A stretch of DNA of 63,519 nucleotides, the filler included, from Pelomyxa schiedti (Eukaryota > Protista > Evosea): the NCBI GenBank assembly GCA_020536535.1. It is 11 parts of 11 records of this genome, joined end to end, with 100 filler letters (N's around TTAATTAATTAA, not from the genome) between each part and the next. Parts side by side here need not be neighbours in the genome. Positions count along the whole stretch, not along the records: positions 1 to 12,703 come from JAHLWZ010001205.1; 10 more parts are not named here. One strand, given 5' to 3'. Numbering within the stretch: position 1 is the first letter of the stretch; each line of letters begins with the position of its first letter. This document shows, in pieces, positions 1-12,703 of this stretch. The position numbers were made by a program, and so were the translations under genes. The notes beneath the pieces were generated by a model. It did not search any database and had not been told where the DNA came from. It saw nothing but the letters and a program-made list of their open reading frames with translations.

Positions 1-290
1 TTGAAACGAAATGAGAGTTTCATCCCCCAAAACCCACAAATGAGCAGGCATTTCTGAAAAGGAGTAAGCCAGACGAAGCCTGGTTTTCTGGCAAAAGCCT
101 GACTGGGTTGGCAAGCGCTTACTTGTTGAGAAAAGAGCCGAATGTAAGAATGGTTTCTGTAAAAATCACTTCCTTACCAGAAAATTGATTTATTTACTGG
201 GCAAACGGCAATGGGTTAATCTTTGGCTTTCACTTGCGGGATCTGGGTGGTTTTATTTGGGGTGGGTTTGGTAGGGTTTCTTGTGGAGCA

Positions 291-1697
291 CTATGGTGGA
301 ACTGTGGGTGTGAGGAACAAGGGGCTTGTGGTGTAATAGAGGTTGTAACATTTTGTTGTTGAGATGAGGAACTTGGGTGTTGTTGAAGGTTGGTGTTGTT
401 GGAGCCTTGTTGATGGTGTGAGGCAGTGGGATCCTTTCCCCTGGGTGGTGCCCGTACCGCTTGCCCCTTTTCTGCACATAGTCAATTTGAGCTCATACAA
501 AAGGGGGGAAGTTAACTCACCAGATGGCAGCCTGAACAATTCAATCACACATAGCCTGCGTGGAGTAATGGTGGTTTTGTATCCTGCCCCCTCTATCACC
601 GGTGCTTCTATTGAGAACGTTTGTCTGGTCACAGTTCCATTGATGTCTCCAATGTGGGATATGAGGAATGGGATGGTGCAACTTGACGGAACGGTGGGGG
701 GCCTGTGCACCAGCCCCTGGAGTGGCACAGGTGTGCTGACAACAAGGGATTCTTCTGGTGATATCCCAATAATGTGGCCTTCTACTGGATTGTTGCAGGT
801 CACAATGAATTGGTCACTGATAGGGTAAATTTCAAAAGGTAGTGGAGCCCACCTGAGGGCTTTTTTGGTGCGAATATCCATTACGGCGTTGGGACCAGAT
901 TTGTTCCTCTGCACAACCAATGGGATGGCCCAGGGAATAACGTTGAAAGTATTGCTTGGAAGCTTGAAACACCTGCCCTCAATCAGCAAATCACCAGAGT
1001 TGCATTGCAAATCAAAGTATGCCAAGTAACTCACTGGTTTCTTGTTCACAGTGGGATTCTTGGTTCCAATGGTTTTAAACCAGACTTGCAATTTGTTGTG
1101 AAAAAGTGCTGCTTTCTCCACAGTTGCATCCTTAGGTATTGGCAGATTATCTCGGAGTTCTGGGCCCACTGGAGACCCGCAGTTGAGTGCTTGTACAACA
1201 ATAGTCTTGGTAACTCTGTCTAATGCAACGATAGCTGTGTCACTGGTAACCATAATTTGTTCCTGCCCAACTATCTTACTGTATAGAGTGGTACCGTCGA
1301 TAAGGGAAATCAATCTGCAGTTTGTGTTGTTCCCGCCACAGGTTTTTAAAAGTAGATTGTCTCTCACTCCTGAACATATGTACTCCCTCGGTTCTGCTCT
1401 AAGCACTCTAGCATCCAGAGCTCCCATTGTGTGTGGGTTCAGTGTGAGCAAGACGTGATGGGGAGTCAGTGGTGGAAGGGGTTCAAGTGTGAAGTATTCG
1501 AAGATTGGGGGTGTCCTTAGAAGGTACTCACTGACCAGAGATACAGCAGTATACTGCTTATATATACCCCGACCAGCAGCAGTGATGCAGGACCCCATCC
1601 CGCACCTAACATGACCCGCGGAGAGAAGTGCCATTACTTGTGAAATGAGAGTAACATCGGCGCGCAAAAGGAAGTTTGTTCCATCAGTGACCAGCAT
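291..1697 (-). CDS. Lineage-specific hypothetical protein, 468 aa (short N-terminal helical motif plus beta-rich body)
   Basis: Uninterrupted ATG-started ORF. N-terminal SQVMALLSAGHVRCGMGS resembles motifs in the ORFs at 49069-50244 and 55171-55672. A decayed paralog lies at 4692-5720. Confidence 0.75.
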   Translation of the reverse strand: MLVTDGTNFLLRADVTLISQVMALLSAGHVRCGMGSCITAAGRGIYKQYTAVSLVSEYLLRTPPIFEYFTLEPLPPLTPHHVLLTLNPHTMGALDARVLRAEPREYICSGVRDNLLLKTCGGNNTNCRLISLIDGTTLYSKIVGQEQIMVTSDTAIVALDRVTKTIVVQALNCGSPVGPELRDNLPIPKDATVEKAALFHNKLQVWFKTIGTKNPTVNKKPVSYLAYFDLQCNSGDLLIEGRCFKLPSNTFNVIPWAIPLVVQRNKSGPNAVMDIRTKKALRWAPLPFEIYPISDQFIVTCNNPVEGHIIGISPEESLVVSTPVPLQGLVHRPPTVPSSCTIPFLISHIGDINGTVTRQTFSIEAPVIEGAGYKTTITPRRLCVIELFRLPSGELTSPLLYELKLTMCRKGASGTGTTQGKGSHCLTPSTRLQQHQPSTTPKFLISTTKCYNLYYTTSPLFLTPTVPP

Positions 1698-2356
1698 CCC
1701 TAGAGAGTTTGGATTCGTGTATGACTGAGAACCTAGAGGGAGGCAGTGATGTTAACGTTAGGAGTTGAGTTAGAGAAAGCTAATAGCTACCTTCTCTCGC
1801 CATTAGTGAATGGTCTAGATAATGGACCAAAAAAAAAGAACAGGTGAGTATCGAAAGGTAACGAGTGACGGAAATAAAAAATAAAAAAACGGCGGAAATT
1901 ACAGCACAAAAACCCCAACTCACCAAAACATATAACGACAAGCACCATAACAACAAACCACAATACCAAAAAATGTGAAACCTTTGGTTTGTTTGCTTGT
2001 TATTGACGACGCGGCCAGCAGCACCTTTGTTCGAGTTGTCTTGAATATTGAGATCTGTCCTCTTCCATTTCCTTTCTTTTTTGCGCAGGGGATTCGTGTT
2101 GTGGGCTCGTTTCCCAGAGGGAGCAACTTGGTTTGGGTGAAAAGAAAAATTAAAAACATTTTTTTTTGTTCTTGTGCTGACTTCAATTACCCCAACAAAA
2201 CACCTGGCAAGTGATCCGGCAATTATCATAGTCGATGGAAGATACAAAGACAATTGCCGCGCAAGGATTCCACCCAAAAATACTGTGTGATGTCCCTCCC
2301 CTCCATTTAGGTGCTGCCATTGTGCACGTAATGTCGGGGTGTCAGGTGTGAGGGTT

Positions 2357-4663
2357 TTAAGGTTGACTCAGCTTGTTGAGCTTAAGAAGAATGTTACAGG
2401 CACAGGATGTTGCATAATGAATGCCTCAGTATCTTAGAATCTTCCCTGATGGCTGAAACCAAAAGATTGTTTAGGTCCGTAGTCACCATTACACAGAAAG
2501 ACTGACTCCAATTGCGACTTGTTATGAGATATGGGGTTTCCAACGAGGAAATAAAGCATTTTGCCGAAGAATTCGTCCACTCTTTTCCGGGCTGGAGTAC
2601 TTGGTTAATTTAATCATGCTTAAGAAAAGCAGCACTTTGGCCAATGTTGAATAGGGTATTCCTCATCAAAAACACCTTAGGATGTATAAAACACGGTATC
2701 TGGCGGTACCTGTGGAGGTTCCCAACCTTCATGCAAGAGACATCCTGTTAGTTCTCTTAAAATCGTTGCTTGGGGTAACCTACATCGACGTTTTCAATTT
2801 CAAATGGAATAGACAGGCAACTGGTGCTTCTAGTGAAAAACTTAAATACCAACAAAGAAATAAGAAGGTTGCAATTCAAAAGTAATGAACGGATACCTAT
2901 GGAATTACAGGCCATAGGCCAGTTTCCTGTGAGATTTGTATCAGCTCTTAAATACGATTTAAAAGTCGTATTCTATTAATATTGAAGACGAACTTACTTG
3001 CATACAACTAGCAAGCGATCAGATTTTTTCCCTATCATATGTTCCCATCAAGTTAACTTTTGGCCACCACACAGTGAAAACGTTTGCAATTTGGCATGCA
3101 AGACAGGGGGTAGTAATTCTCGAGCTGTGGGGTTAGAAGATCAGGTTGAAAAAGATAAAACCCAACATGGAATCAAATATCTCTAGATTATTAGACTGTT
3201 CGGAGGCCTAAAATATAGAGGCAGCAATATGAAAATGCATGTGCTTAGTGCCTCAGTGATCCAAGTTGGTTTTCCATTTGTCAATGATGAAATAAGTGCC
3301 CCTGGAGGAAATTAAAACGAGGAGAAAATGACTTAATACCTGCTACGGTGTAGCTTAGTTTGTCGCCGTAAGCCCGCGCCTGTTCAGAGTCAGATTGTTA
3401 AGGGATTACAGGAATTATACTAGGGATATCTCATGCCTGACAGATTTTTTGAGGGAGGTCCGAGCTTTGACATTTAGAATTCAAAGAGGGCTTTATTTGA
3501 CCGCACAACAGTGCCGCATCTGGTAGTGCGTGGTCAGGTTCACAAATCAGAAAGGTAATTACCCAAGAAATATGCATGCAAAGGTATCAGAGGTTGAAGG
3601 GAAATAGCCAAGGGAAAACAAGGAGAATCTTTGGCAACCTACAATCCTCATAAGACCTAAGATTTAAGTCAAGACACTCAATGCATGACGTGAGAAAGCC
3701 TTTCAAAGCGCAAAATATCTGTTTCATGACATTGTCCCAACCAAAGTCGTATAGGCTGAGAATTAGAAGATCTTAGAATAAAAACCAGAGAATGCCGTCA
3801 CCTCAAAGTTTTACAAGTCTAACAAATAAATATGGACTCCCCAAAAGACTGAGTTTTGGTTTATTGACAGCATTACTGTACCTTTCAGGGGAAAAACCCA
3901 AAGTAATCACCTCAACTACACTTCACACACCTCTGTCCTTGTGAAACGTTGTTAATATCAGAAACAAAGGGAAATTGTTGGGTTACCTGTTCAACTATGA
4001 TATTAGGAACACAATTGCCAAAGTTTGAAAGCATCTTCTTGCTCACACCAGATGTGTTACTTTGGGCCCTGTGAGATTTCATATTCACCTGGTTCATCAA
4101 ATAGGAGTGTCGAAGAAGTTCATGCATCACAGCTTCAATGTCACAGAGTGCTTGCTCTTTTTCTTTAACTTGTAGTGCCGCTCTTGGTTTATCTTGAGCG
4201 GGTGTGGGCTTGGCAGTTGGTTTAACAACAGTAGGTGGATGAGTAATCCCCTTCACTGAGTTTTGAGGTGAATGTGCTGTGGCACAACAAAGGAACTCTC
4301 CTTGTAGTTTTCCTGTAAATTGAACATATTTGTAGTTGGTTTGTGTATGAGTTGTGGGAGCTTTTTTATCGGGGTGGGCAGAGGTATTTGTAGTGGCAGC
4401 AGTGGGAGAGCTTGTATTATTGGGATTTTTTCTCTTTTAACCAAAAGTCAGATTTGGATCTAAATGATAACTGGATTCTGTGGGAAACACACTGTAACAA
4501 GGGTAGCTTCCTCAATAGAGTTTTCGTCTTGGGTCTTTGCATTGAACTGGGAATGATGCACTTGAACCTGTGCCTGGTTATCATCTTGTTCAGTTGTACT
4601 TTGGTCAAGAGAGGAAGGCAGCTCAGCTGGTCCCGCCGGCATCATTTGAATATCCATTGCCAT
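2357..4663 (-). CDS. Multi-exon hypothetical protein (ends approximate)
   Basis: Manual splicing gives a continuous frame over 3540-3000 (DAALLCGQIKPSLNSKCQSSDLPQKICQ|ARAYGDKLSYTVAG|ALISSLTNGKPTWITE|ASEQSNNLEIFDSML|ARELLPPVLHAKLQ). ORF pieces at 3912-4256 and 4460-4663. No recognisable domain. Confidence 0.5.
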
Positions 4664-4691
4664 GGTTATGGTCCTAGGTAAAATATGAGTT

Positions 4692-5720
4692 TTAGTTTAA
4701 TGAAAAGTGATGAATGGACATACCACGGAAAAGTGTTTCACATTCTATCTTTGCAGTGCGTACAAATGTCATAGTGTTGCCATTGATGGTGCTTTCTATC
4801 ACAGGTGCGGTGATCATAAAAGCCTGCCTTGATACCTCCCCAGTCTTCTCAGAATTGAGTATGGGAACGGTGCAACTGGATGTGGCAGGTGTAATATACT
4901 TGAGGGCATCCATACGAGGTTTCTGTCTATGGAGAGGCCGACAATGCAGCCCTCACTAGGATTTCCAAACGCAGTGAGGAACATATTACTGATGGGCATA
5001 ACCAAATTTGGAAGTGCAGTCCAATCAATAGTTGACATGGTGAGAAGATTAGTTACTTCTAAGCGACGGTTCTCCCACATGAGGCTCAGAGGAATTTTCC
5101 ACAGGACAATGTGTGAGGTCAGAGGTACATCGATTATTTTGTCGTATGTAAGTTGTAATTCAGTCCTCGGACCCCTTTCAAAACGAAAGAAGGCCAAACT
5201 CTTGATGGCCATGACTTGATACAACACCAAGAGTATTGGTCAATAAGAGCAACATCTGCAATTGTGGCAGTTCCGCTTATAAAAGGTAGTTTGATATGCA
5301 GTTCGCAGTTCATCCCTGGGAGCCCATTACTGTGACAATGCTCTCAGAAGGATGAGCTGGTACCACAGAAATACCAACTGTTCCCATCGTTATGGGGTTG
5401 AGAGACAATATTAGATGTGCAGAGCTAAGTGGAGTAGCTGCATGCAAGGTAAACGCCTCGATTTGCGGAGGGAAATAAGTGAGGAACTTGATAATGGTGA
5501 TGCCTATTGATCCAAGCCTTCGCAATGGCGAATTCAAACTACATCTATTTTCTGTGACCCAATAACCAATGTCAGAATTTGCTCCCTCGCCGGAATAAGT
5601 GCTCTCACGGAAATTGAGCAAGTGTCCGTTTGCCAACTTTGGTTTCATGAAACTAGAACATTGACTTGTCGAAGACACGGCTAAATACAAGCGAGTGAGA
5701 GGGGGCCATGTAGATTGCAA
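4692..5720 (-). pseudogene. Disrupted paralog of the 291-1697 gene
   Basis: Fragments in different frames match 291-1697 in order: FTLHAATPLSSAHLILSLNPITMG vs FTLEPLPPLTPHHVLLTLNPHTMG; GNPSEGCIVGLS vs NNPVEGHIIGIS; SSCTVPIL..RQAFMITAPVIE vs SSCTIPFL..RQTFSIEAPVIE. They are separated by a stop, frameshifts and an apparent deletion. Confidence 0.75.
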
Positions 5721-6196
5721 TGTTAAGAGTCGTTAAGTACCTGTGGGGAGATCTCGATGTATCGAACAAGTTCTTACTCGAGGGAGTGAGAAAAATGTAA
5801 AAAAAAAAACTCGTATTGCAATACGCCGCAACTGCGGAAGCAACAACAAAACCGCAAACCAAAAACGACTATGATTACGCTCGCTTTGTTTCCTTTTGTG
5901 AGTGCCTAGATCTCAGTCCCGAGGTGTTCTCCAACTTGTGCATACCTCCGGACTAGACCGGAGGCCGGTTATGTGAAGGGAATTCCAGTTGCGCCTAGTT
6001 ACGCCGAAAGACCAACTTGGTGGATTTGTTCCCTCGTAGAAGATCTCCCTCACGCACCCCAGTACCTCCTCAACCCTCATCATGCATAGACTTGGAACAC
6101 AAACACACAATCAGAAGAAAACTGAAAATAGAGCATGAGAAGCAATTGGGTCTATTTGGTTTCTGTGCCTAGTTATGTAGTACGGGTGTTTTTGTC

Positions 6197-9100
6197 TTAG
6201 TAGCGCCTGTCCCTGCGTTGGTGGTTCTCTGTGCGGTCGCGTTCTCTGTCCCTATCCCTGTCTCTTCCTCTATGGTACCTATCTATGTCACTGTCTCTGT
6301 CTCTGTCTCTGTCTCTGTCTCTCTCCCTGTCCCTGCGGTCTCGCTCCCTGTCATAGCGGTCTCTGTCGCTATCTCTATCACGGTCTCGGCTACGGTCGTG
6401 GTCCCTGTCCCTGTCACGGTCATAATCTCGGTCTCGGTGTGTCAATCCTCTTCCACCTTCGTGCCTTCCACGACTGGTTCCTCTGTAGGAAAAAAGGTTA
6501 ATGGTAATAGTTTGTTAATAGTTGGGATTTTCTTGACCTTCTGGGCTTCGGCTGACCACACCTATTGCACTGTGTTCTCCGCGCGAAATTGATATTGCCG
6601 CAGCTAAGTAAACCCAAGCAAAGTTAGGAGAACCAGGATTCCCAATTCCCAAAGCATTACATACTCGGAATTTGGACAAGCCCAATCACCATCCCTGGCA
6701 ACAGGGGGGATTATTCGAGGGGTGGGCCTTGGAGCGCTGCACCTATTGCACACTGTGCGTTGGGCAAAGTTCAAGTTCCGGCAGCTACACATTGTGGGAT
6801 TAATAAAAACAGATGACAATGTACTCCGGGTTTGGGCACTTCCAATCAAAGCCACCTTCTCTCTGCTCGGCAAGTTGAACTGAAATATTTTGGCCCAAAA
6901 ACTGGCCTCCTTATTGTCTGTAAGAGCAGGCAAGATATTGATACTATTAAAACCATCAAACCACTTGTGTGCGGCCAGCGCAGCATCTGGGTTATCATAG
7001 GTGATAGTAGCATCACCTTTTGGCACATTGGTAGTTCTGTCACGGTACAAGTGAATTCTTGCCTCCTTTGTTTTTTTATCCAACTGTTTTATGTTAACAT
7101 CTGATTTGCTTGTAAAAAGTACCTTTATAACACCCATAGACCCGAACATCTCGGCAAGTGCTTCAGTTGTTGTAGTTGCTGGTAGCCCAGTCACGTAAAT
7201 TGTATCCACAGGCGTGGGTGGAGGTGCTATTTCATGTAAAACTTTGGAAAATTGTTAAAGTTAAAACACACGGTTGTTATCAGCATAACTATTTCCACTT
7301 CTACCACCCCCACCAAATTCCCTTCTGCCCCTGGATGGCTCGTCATAAGATGATGAACCATATTCTTGGGGAGGCTGTTTGATAATGAGATAAAGTTACT
7401 GTATGATGATATGATACTAATTGTTGCCGTTGTGATTGATCGAAGTTATATCTATAGGAGTTGCCACCCTTTTTATTTTATTGTTTAGAGTGTTTGCATT
7501 TGGTGTAAGGAATGCAGAGTTCACCTGTTGCGGCGGCGGTTGCGTTTTATTATACTGTGTATGCATGGCTTGCTGCTCATAGTAAAGCTGCTGAACCTGT
7601 GGGCCCCCATGCATGCTATGTGGCTTTGATTGCTGAGTATCACTGTACATTTGGTTTTCACAAGTGGTTGTTGATTGAAAGGGTGTATTTGCCCCGGGGA
7701 TTAGACCTAGGTTGTGGGATGTGAGTTGATGATATGATGATGTTATTGAGAAGCTTGTGTATACGTAGGAAATGGAGGGATACCAACAACTTGGTTGTGC
7801 GTCTCTTCCATCTGGAGGCGCTCCAAGTAGCCTGCTGCGATTTTGGAGATATCTTGGGATGCAGTTACAAACGAGGGCTGAAACAAATGAGGGAACTAAC
7901 CGACTATCCGTTCTTGCATCAGGCCTAGCCTTGCCTCCGTAGCTTTCTGCTCCGTAGTCGCTACTTGAAGTTGATGTCCTGTAGCGGCCAGTTTTTGCTC
8001 AGTCTCCGCCAGTTTGGCTCGTAGTTCCAAGATGGCAGCCTCTGTTTCATTTGTCAATAGGGAAATGATAAAGCCATAGCGAACCATCAGCTATCTTCTT
8101 GGAAATGATCCTCGTTGCAGCCTTGGTCACTGTTAGTAGTTCTACGGCAAAGAAGGAAAGAGAAAATTCCCCAAACCTCTTTAATATAATCCACATGATT
8201 TATAAGCTCCTTCATAGCTTGGATATTATTTAAAGGCTGTTCTTCGCCTTGTTCTTCATTATTCTGTTCGTTGCTTGGGGCTTGTTGAGGAGAATCTTCT
8301 GCCTTTGGTTTGCCACGTGAACTTTCTTCTACTAGTTGTTGGTGACAAGGCTTAGTCATGATTTTCTCTTGAGAATCAAAGCCTGTCTCCGTTTTAGCGT
8401 TAACAGCTGCCATGGTCGTGGCAGTTGTTTTTTCACTGGGGTTCACTCTGCGCCGTTTTGCCGTACCTTAGGAGGGGTGAGAAAATAGTTTGCGGTTGGA
8501 TTGGGCACCTGGTTGTTGGGGACCTTGTGAATTGTCCTATTTGTGAGGGTGGTTAGCACTACTCTTTCCCGGGAAAGTGACAACGACACCCAAAAAATAT
8601 GGTAACAGCCTCAGTAAGAACATACATAAACAAAACATACCTGTTCGGGTATCACTCTTGTCTCTGCATGCACGTTGGTGTCATTCTTTCCCTGCAAACA
8701 AGGTGTTAGTGCTCAATACTTGCGGCTGTTGCTTCGCATACCGATTTCAATGGTTCAGTCACAGAGTATACCTTGCCATACTTCGTCTGGGGACCCGGCC
8801 GCGGTAGCGTTATGTTCCGCAACGTTCCAAATATTGGATGGCAACACTCTTGCATGAACGAGTGAGTGAGTGAGTGGGGATTTATACGCATACTTTCTGC
8901 ATGCCAACATAAAAGCACAGACCCTGTTGGAAGGGCTGGTGCCTGCTCAGCCGGAAACAACGCAATCAGTCCTTGCAGAGGAAAACACTCTTTTTCAATT
9001 TACAATCAAAAACCAAAGAGAAAAGCAAAAAAATACCCAAGCCAGGAACTTGATTTGTAAGGAAAACGATCCTTTGGACGGGATCGACAGGCGAAGAATC

Positions 9101-9406
9101 CATTTGCTAGCGAGATACGTGGGGTGAGAACATAAAAAATCCAAGAAGCTAAATAACCTGCACAACTTGTACTTCTGGCACGTATTTTTGGATCATCCCC
9201 CCGATGTCTCCAAACAACCCAGCCGGTGCAAGTACCACTTGGACAGCACCTGAGGGCCAAGTTGGCAGCTTCTTCCGTAGCATGCCGACCAAACTAGCCA
9301 ACCCCGGTTGAGCCGTTCCGCAAAGAAAAAAAAAGGGGAAAAACAAAGTAACTTACTGCCCCACTGCAAGTTGGTCGTTGTGAATGTGTTGAGTCAGGTC
9401 AGCCAT
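6197..9406 (-). CDS. FUS/EWS/TAF15-like RNA-binding protein (Q/G/S/Y-rich region, RRM, two RanBP2-type zinc fingers, RD-rich tail) with a long N-terminal extension; 5' end uncertain
   Basis: RRM TIYVTGLP..EALAEMFGSMGVIK..PKGDATITYDNP; zinc fingers CRNLNFAQRTVCNRC and GDWACPN|CGNINFARRTQCNRC; Arg-Asp repeats at 6197-6445. Canonical GT-AG introns link this module upstream to a coiled coil (7896-8087) and a KRRR motif near 8450. Confidence 0.8.
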
Positions 9407-9499
9407 TTTCCGTTGTTGTACGGTACCTTCACCTTGTTTCTTTTGTATTTGAAAAATTTTCTGATTCATTCGAAGGATGAGACTCGTACCATTATTTTG

Positions 9500-11213
9500 T
9501 CAATATTTATATACATAAATGTATTTTTTCTCTCCAATTGCAGTTGCAGAGCACCTGCTAGGGGGACTTTTTGGGATGGTGGATGTTTGATGAAATCGTT
9601 TCGCATGATTGGACTGTTTTGATAGATCGATTAGTACGGCTACAGGTTTTGCCCAGATTAGGGACAGATGCTCTACTCTCGATTCCACGCACTGTTGTGT
9701 TCGAGATACAGATGATGACTATCACCATCAGAGGCGGAGCGTGAACTGTCTATGGGGTTGCCAGTTCCGGCGTTCTCTGGAGTGGTATCAGTGAATCGTC
9801 ACTGTTGTTGCTTTCTTCCTTGGCCGCGTTATTGTTGTGGGATTCAGGGTCTATGTCTTCATCCCAGTCAGAGTGCTGCTTTTCTTGTCTTTCTTCTTCC
9901 AGCTTTGGTGTTGGGGTTTTTTATGGTGTCGACGTCCACTTTCTTCTCCCTCACTTGAATCTTCTTTTTTGCCTTCCCGTTCACTTTCGCTCTATTATTG
10001 GTTTTCCTTTGCTTCATCTTTGTTGCTGTGCCGGCTCCTTTCACTGTCACTGTCACTGTCACTGCCACTGCCACTTAATTTCTCCTTCTCTTTCTTCTTT
10101 TTCACTGTTTGATAATTGGTCTGAGTCCTGGTCCCTTTCTTCCTGATTGTTGTTGACTTGCCTGGAATTCTTATGCTGAAGTCGTTGGTGGCTTCCATCC
10201 CCACTGACGTACCTGGGGGATGTGTTTCCACTCCCTTTACTTTTGTCACTTTCCAACAATTTCATGGTGCTCTTGGAACAATGAGTGAATATATTCCAGA
10301 AAATACAAGGAACAACCTGAAATGTGTTTGGCAGCCAGAGTGGAATGATGGAATTTTCCCGACTGTTTAGGATTGGGTAGGAATGGTGAGAATGTCCCAG
10401 AAGTTCTTTGGGAGCTTGATAACCCCTTACTTCTGGGTGTGGATGAAGGGGATGCTATAACATGTTTCCCTTCTTTGAAAGGCGCAAAGGGAAGTGGAAT
10501 CCAGCCGCTCATGTGATTTTGTATTCGTTCGTCCAGGTTCTTTGCCAACCAAAGAGGAACGGGTCGAGTCACCTTCTTCATGGCTTGCTGTCATGTGTGA
10601 CAGAGATTTAGAGGTTGCACCAAGACTCGTTCCTAGATGCCTTGTGCTCAATTGATATTGCCCAAAAAAGGAAGTAACCGTTAGTACCCTTGAGAGAGGA
10701 ATTGAGGCCACTTGGTTTCCCTGATTTTTATGAGTCACTTAATGGTGCAAAGTTTCCTTTGCCATGGGCACAATATTGTTTTCTCGGTACGTTTTAACAG
10801 TAATGGGTGATGGGGTGCAAGCCTCTCCATAATTTAATGACTGACAGAGAGGGTCATACTCACAGTGTCCTGGGGTGTGGCCAGGTACATCCAGCCCTCT
10901 CACGCGTCGCTTTAGGTGACCGTGCCAGTTCGACCCTCACGAAAAATTGCCCCGGCCCCAGCAATCTGCTGCGGCTGTTGTTTCGGTTTCCTCCCACACT
11001 CCCACCCAGTCTCACCTGCCCATGTGTCGTCGCATTTGTAGTAGCTTGAGGTTGTGCTTGTTGCTGCCGTCGTGAGGGTGGGTCCTGGGACTGAGACTGA
11101 GTCCGAGACTGCGTGGAAGTAGACACCACGTTTGTGGTTGGGGTACTGTTGTTTTGAGACTGAGGTTGCGCTGGTTGCTGTTGGTGACCGCCAGTTCCCC
11201 CATCGACTTCCAA
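9500..11213 (-). pseudogene. Coding-like Ser/Glu/Lys/Gln-rich region upstream of the FET-like gene, with apparent frameshifts and stops at about 9500-10090
   Basis: Exons at 10090-11213 splice into one plausible frame. Downstream, the natural-looking charged sequence switches frame several times and contains TAA TAG at about 9993-9998. Confidence 0.4.
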
Positions 11214-11371
11214 AATACAAGATCGCGAAAAACAATCTCCGGGTGACTCTGCCCCTGAAAAAGTACACCTAGCTGTTCAACAGGTGGCAGAACTTACTTC
11301 CAGTTCTATTACACTTGTGGGATAGAAGAGCTTCTCAGTTAGATCGACCCACCAAACCACAAAACACACCG

Positions 11372-12224
11372 ATGAGCACTGAGACGTCACGAAACGGGGC
11401 CCGCCGAACCACCAAGTTAGTTGTCACGGGGTTCGGCCCCTTTGGCAGTGTAACAACGAACCCAACCGACGTCGTAGTCTCCAAGCTTGCCCGGGGCGCC
11501 CCCCTGTGTGCCTCCGACCCCAGGTTCACGTTCCCCCTGCCCCCCAAGCCCGCCTCGACCCCTCCTGCCTCTGCTCCGTCCCCGCCTCCCCCCGCCGCCG
11601 CCGCCTCTGCTTCCCCCGTCGCCACGCCCGCCCCCGAGGTCGTAGCAGCCGTGCTGTCCGTCGACCGCAGCGCGCTGGACGTGGTGCAGGCGCTGTGGGC
11701 CGAGCACGCCGACGCCGACGCGTTCGTCCACCTGGGCGTCAACTCCGAGGCCGCGACGTTCGACGTGGAGCGCGCGGCCGTCAACGTGCTGCGCACCGGG
11801 GCCAACGGCGAGGACCCCGACGCGGCCGTGGTCCCCGGCGCCGCGGCGGACGGCTTCCTGACCGACGGCGCCGTGTGCCGGACGATATATAACTGCCTGG
11901 AGATGAGGGAGGTCCAGGCCACCGAGTCGTTCCACGCCGGCACGTACTTTTGCAACGCCGTGCTGTTCAGGTCGCTGCTGTGCAGGCACGAGCACGCCAC
12001 AGGTGCGAGTGGAAGAGGCAGCAGGGGACCCATCGTGCTGTTTGTGCATATCCCAGGTGTGTGTGTGTTGGTGAACTAGTGGAGTTGGCAGAGATAGAGA
12101 ACTCCTCACCTACCTTGCTTTGCTTACTCTGTTTGTAGGAAGGCGGAGCATGGAGTACATTGAGAAAGGCGTTGCCATTCTGCTTAAATCTGTCTTCGAA
12201 ATAGCTCAGAACCGGGACCACTAG
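11372..12224 (+). CDS. PGPEP1: Pyroglutamyl-peptidase I (peptidase C15)
   Basis: Motifs VVTGFGPF, NPT, FVHLGV, catalytic E (ERAAVN), C (AGTYFCN) and H (FVHIP). One intron after FVHIP; last exon GRRSMEYIEKGVAILLKSVFEIAQNRDH*. Confidence 0.9.
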
Positions 12225-12703
12225 CCCCGTCATACATTTTCCCCCTCCGTCAACTCTACAACAGACTACACGTATGAATGCACCCATCAAAAAAAACCGA
12301 CACTTTCTCCTTACAGAAAACCCCCTAGTACGTTACGAACTTCAATTTTTGAAAAGGAAATAACAAACAATTTCATCAAAGCAGGAGCCATGTGGAACGT
12401 AGGGATGTTGCCGTTGTTGGGGGAGGTGACGAGCCCTGGGGTGGCCCACGTGGAGTTGATCAAGGCTTCGTATCAACTAGCCGTGGCGGATTTCAGCGTG
12501 CACGTGTGCCTGGCCCAGGTTTGTGTGTATCTCTATTTTTGGTCACCGCCCTGCGCAGGGCACTCAAAAAAAAAAAAAAAACGAAAAAAGCCTCGTTTAT
12601 AAGTTATAGTCGCCGTCGGGTGCTAAATGTCACCCACGACAAAAAAAATGAAAGGGGCGGACGCCAGGCTGCTCATTTAATAGAATTTCAATACCTAGGA
12701 ATT

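Noticed and set aside
11335-12109. Long overlapping ORFs on other frames or strands (also 22600-23710, 42101-42690, 59568-60400)
   Set aside because: Shadow ORFs of GC-rich real genes; no independent motifs.
12390-12560. Short GC3-rich ORF with LAVADFS, vaguely kinase-like
   Set aside because: No other kinase motifs, ambiguous strand, next to a scaffold end.
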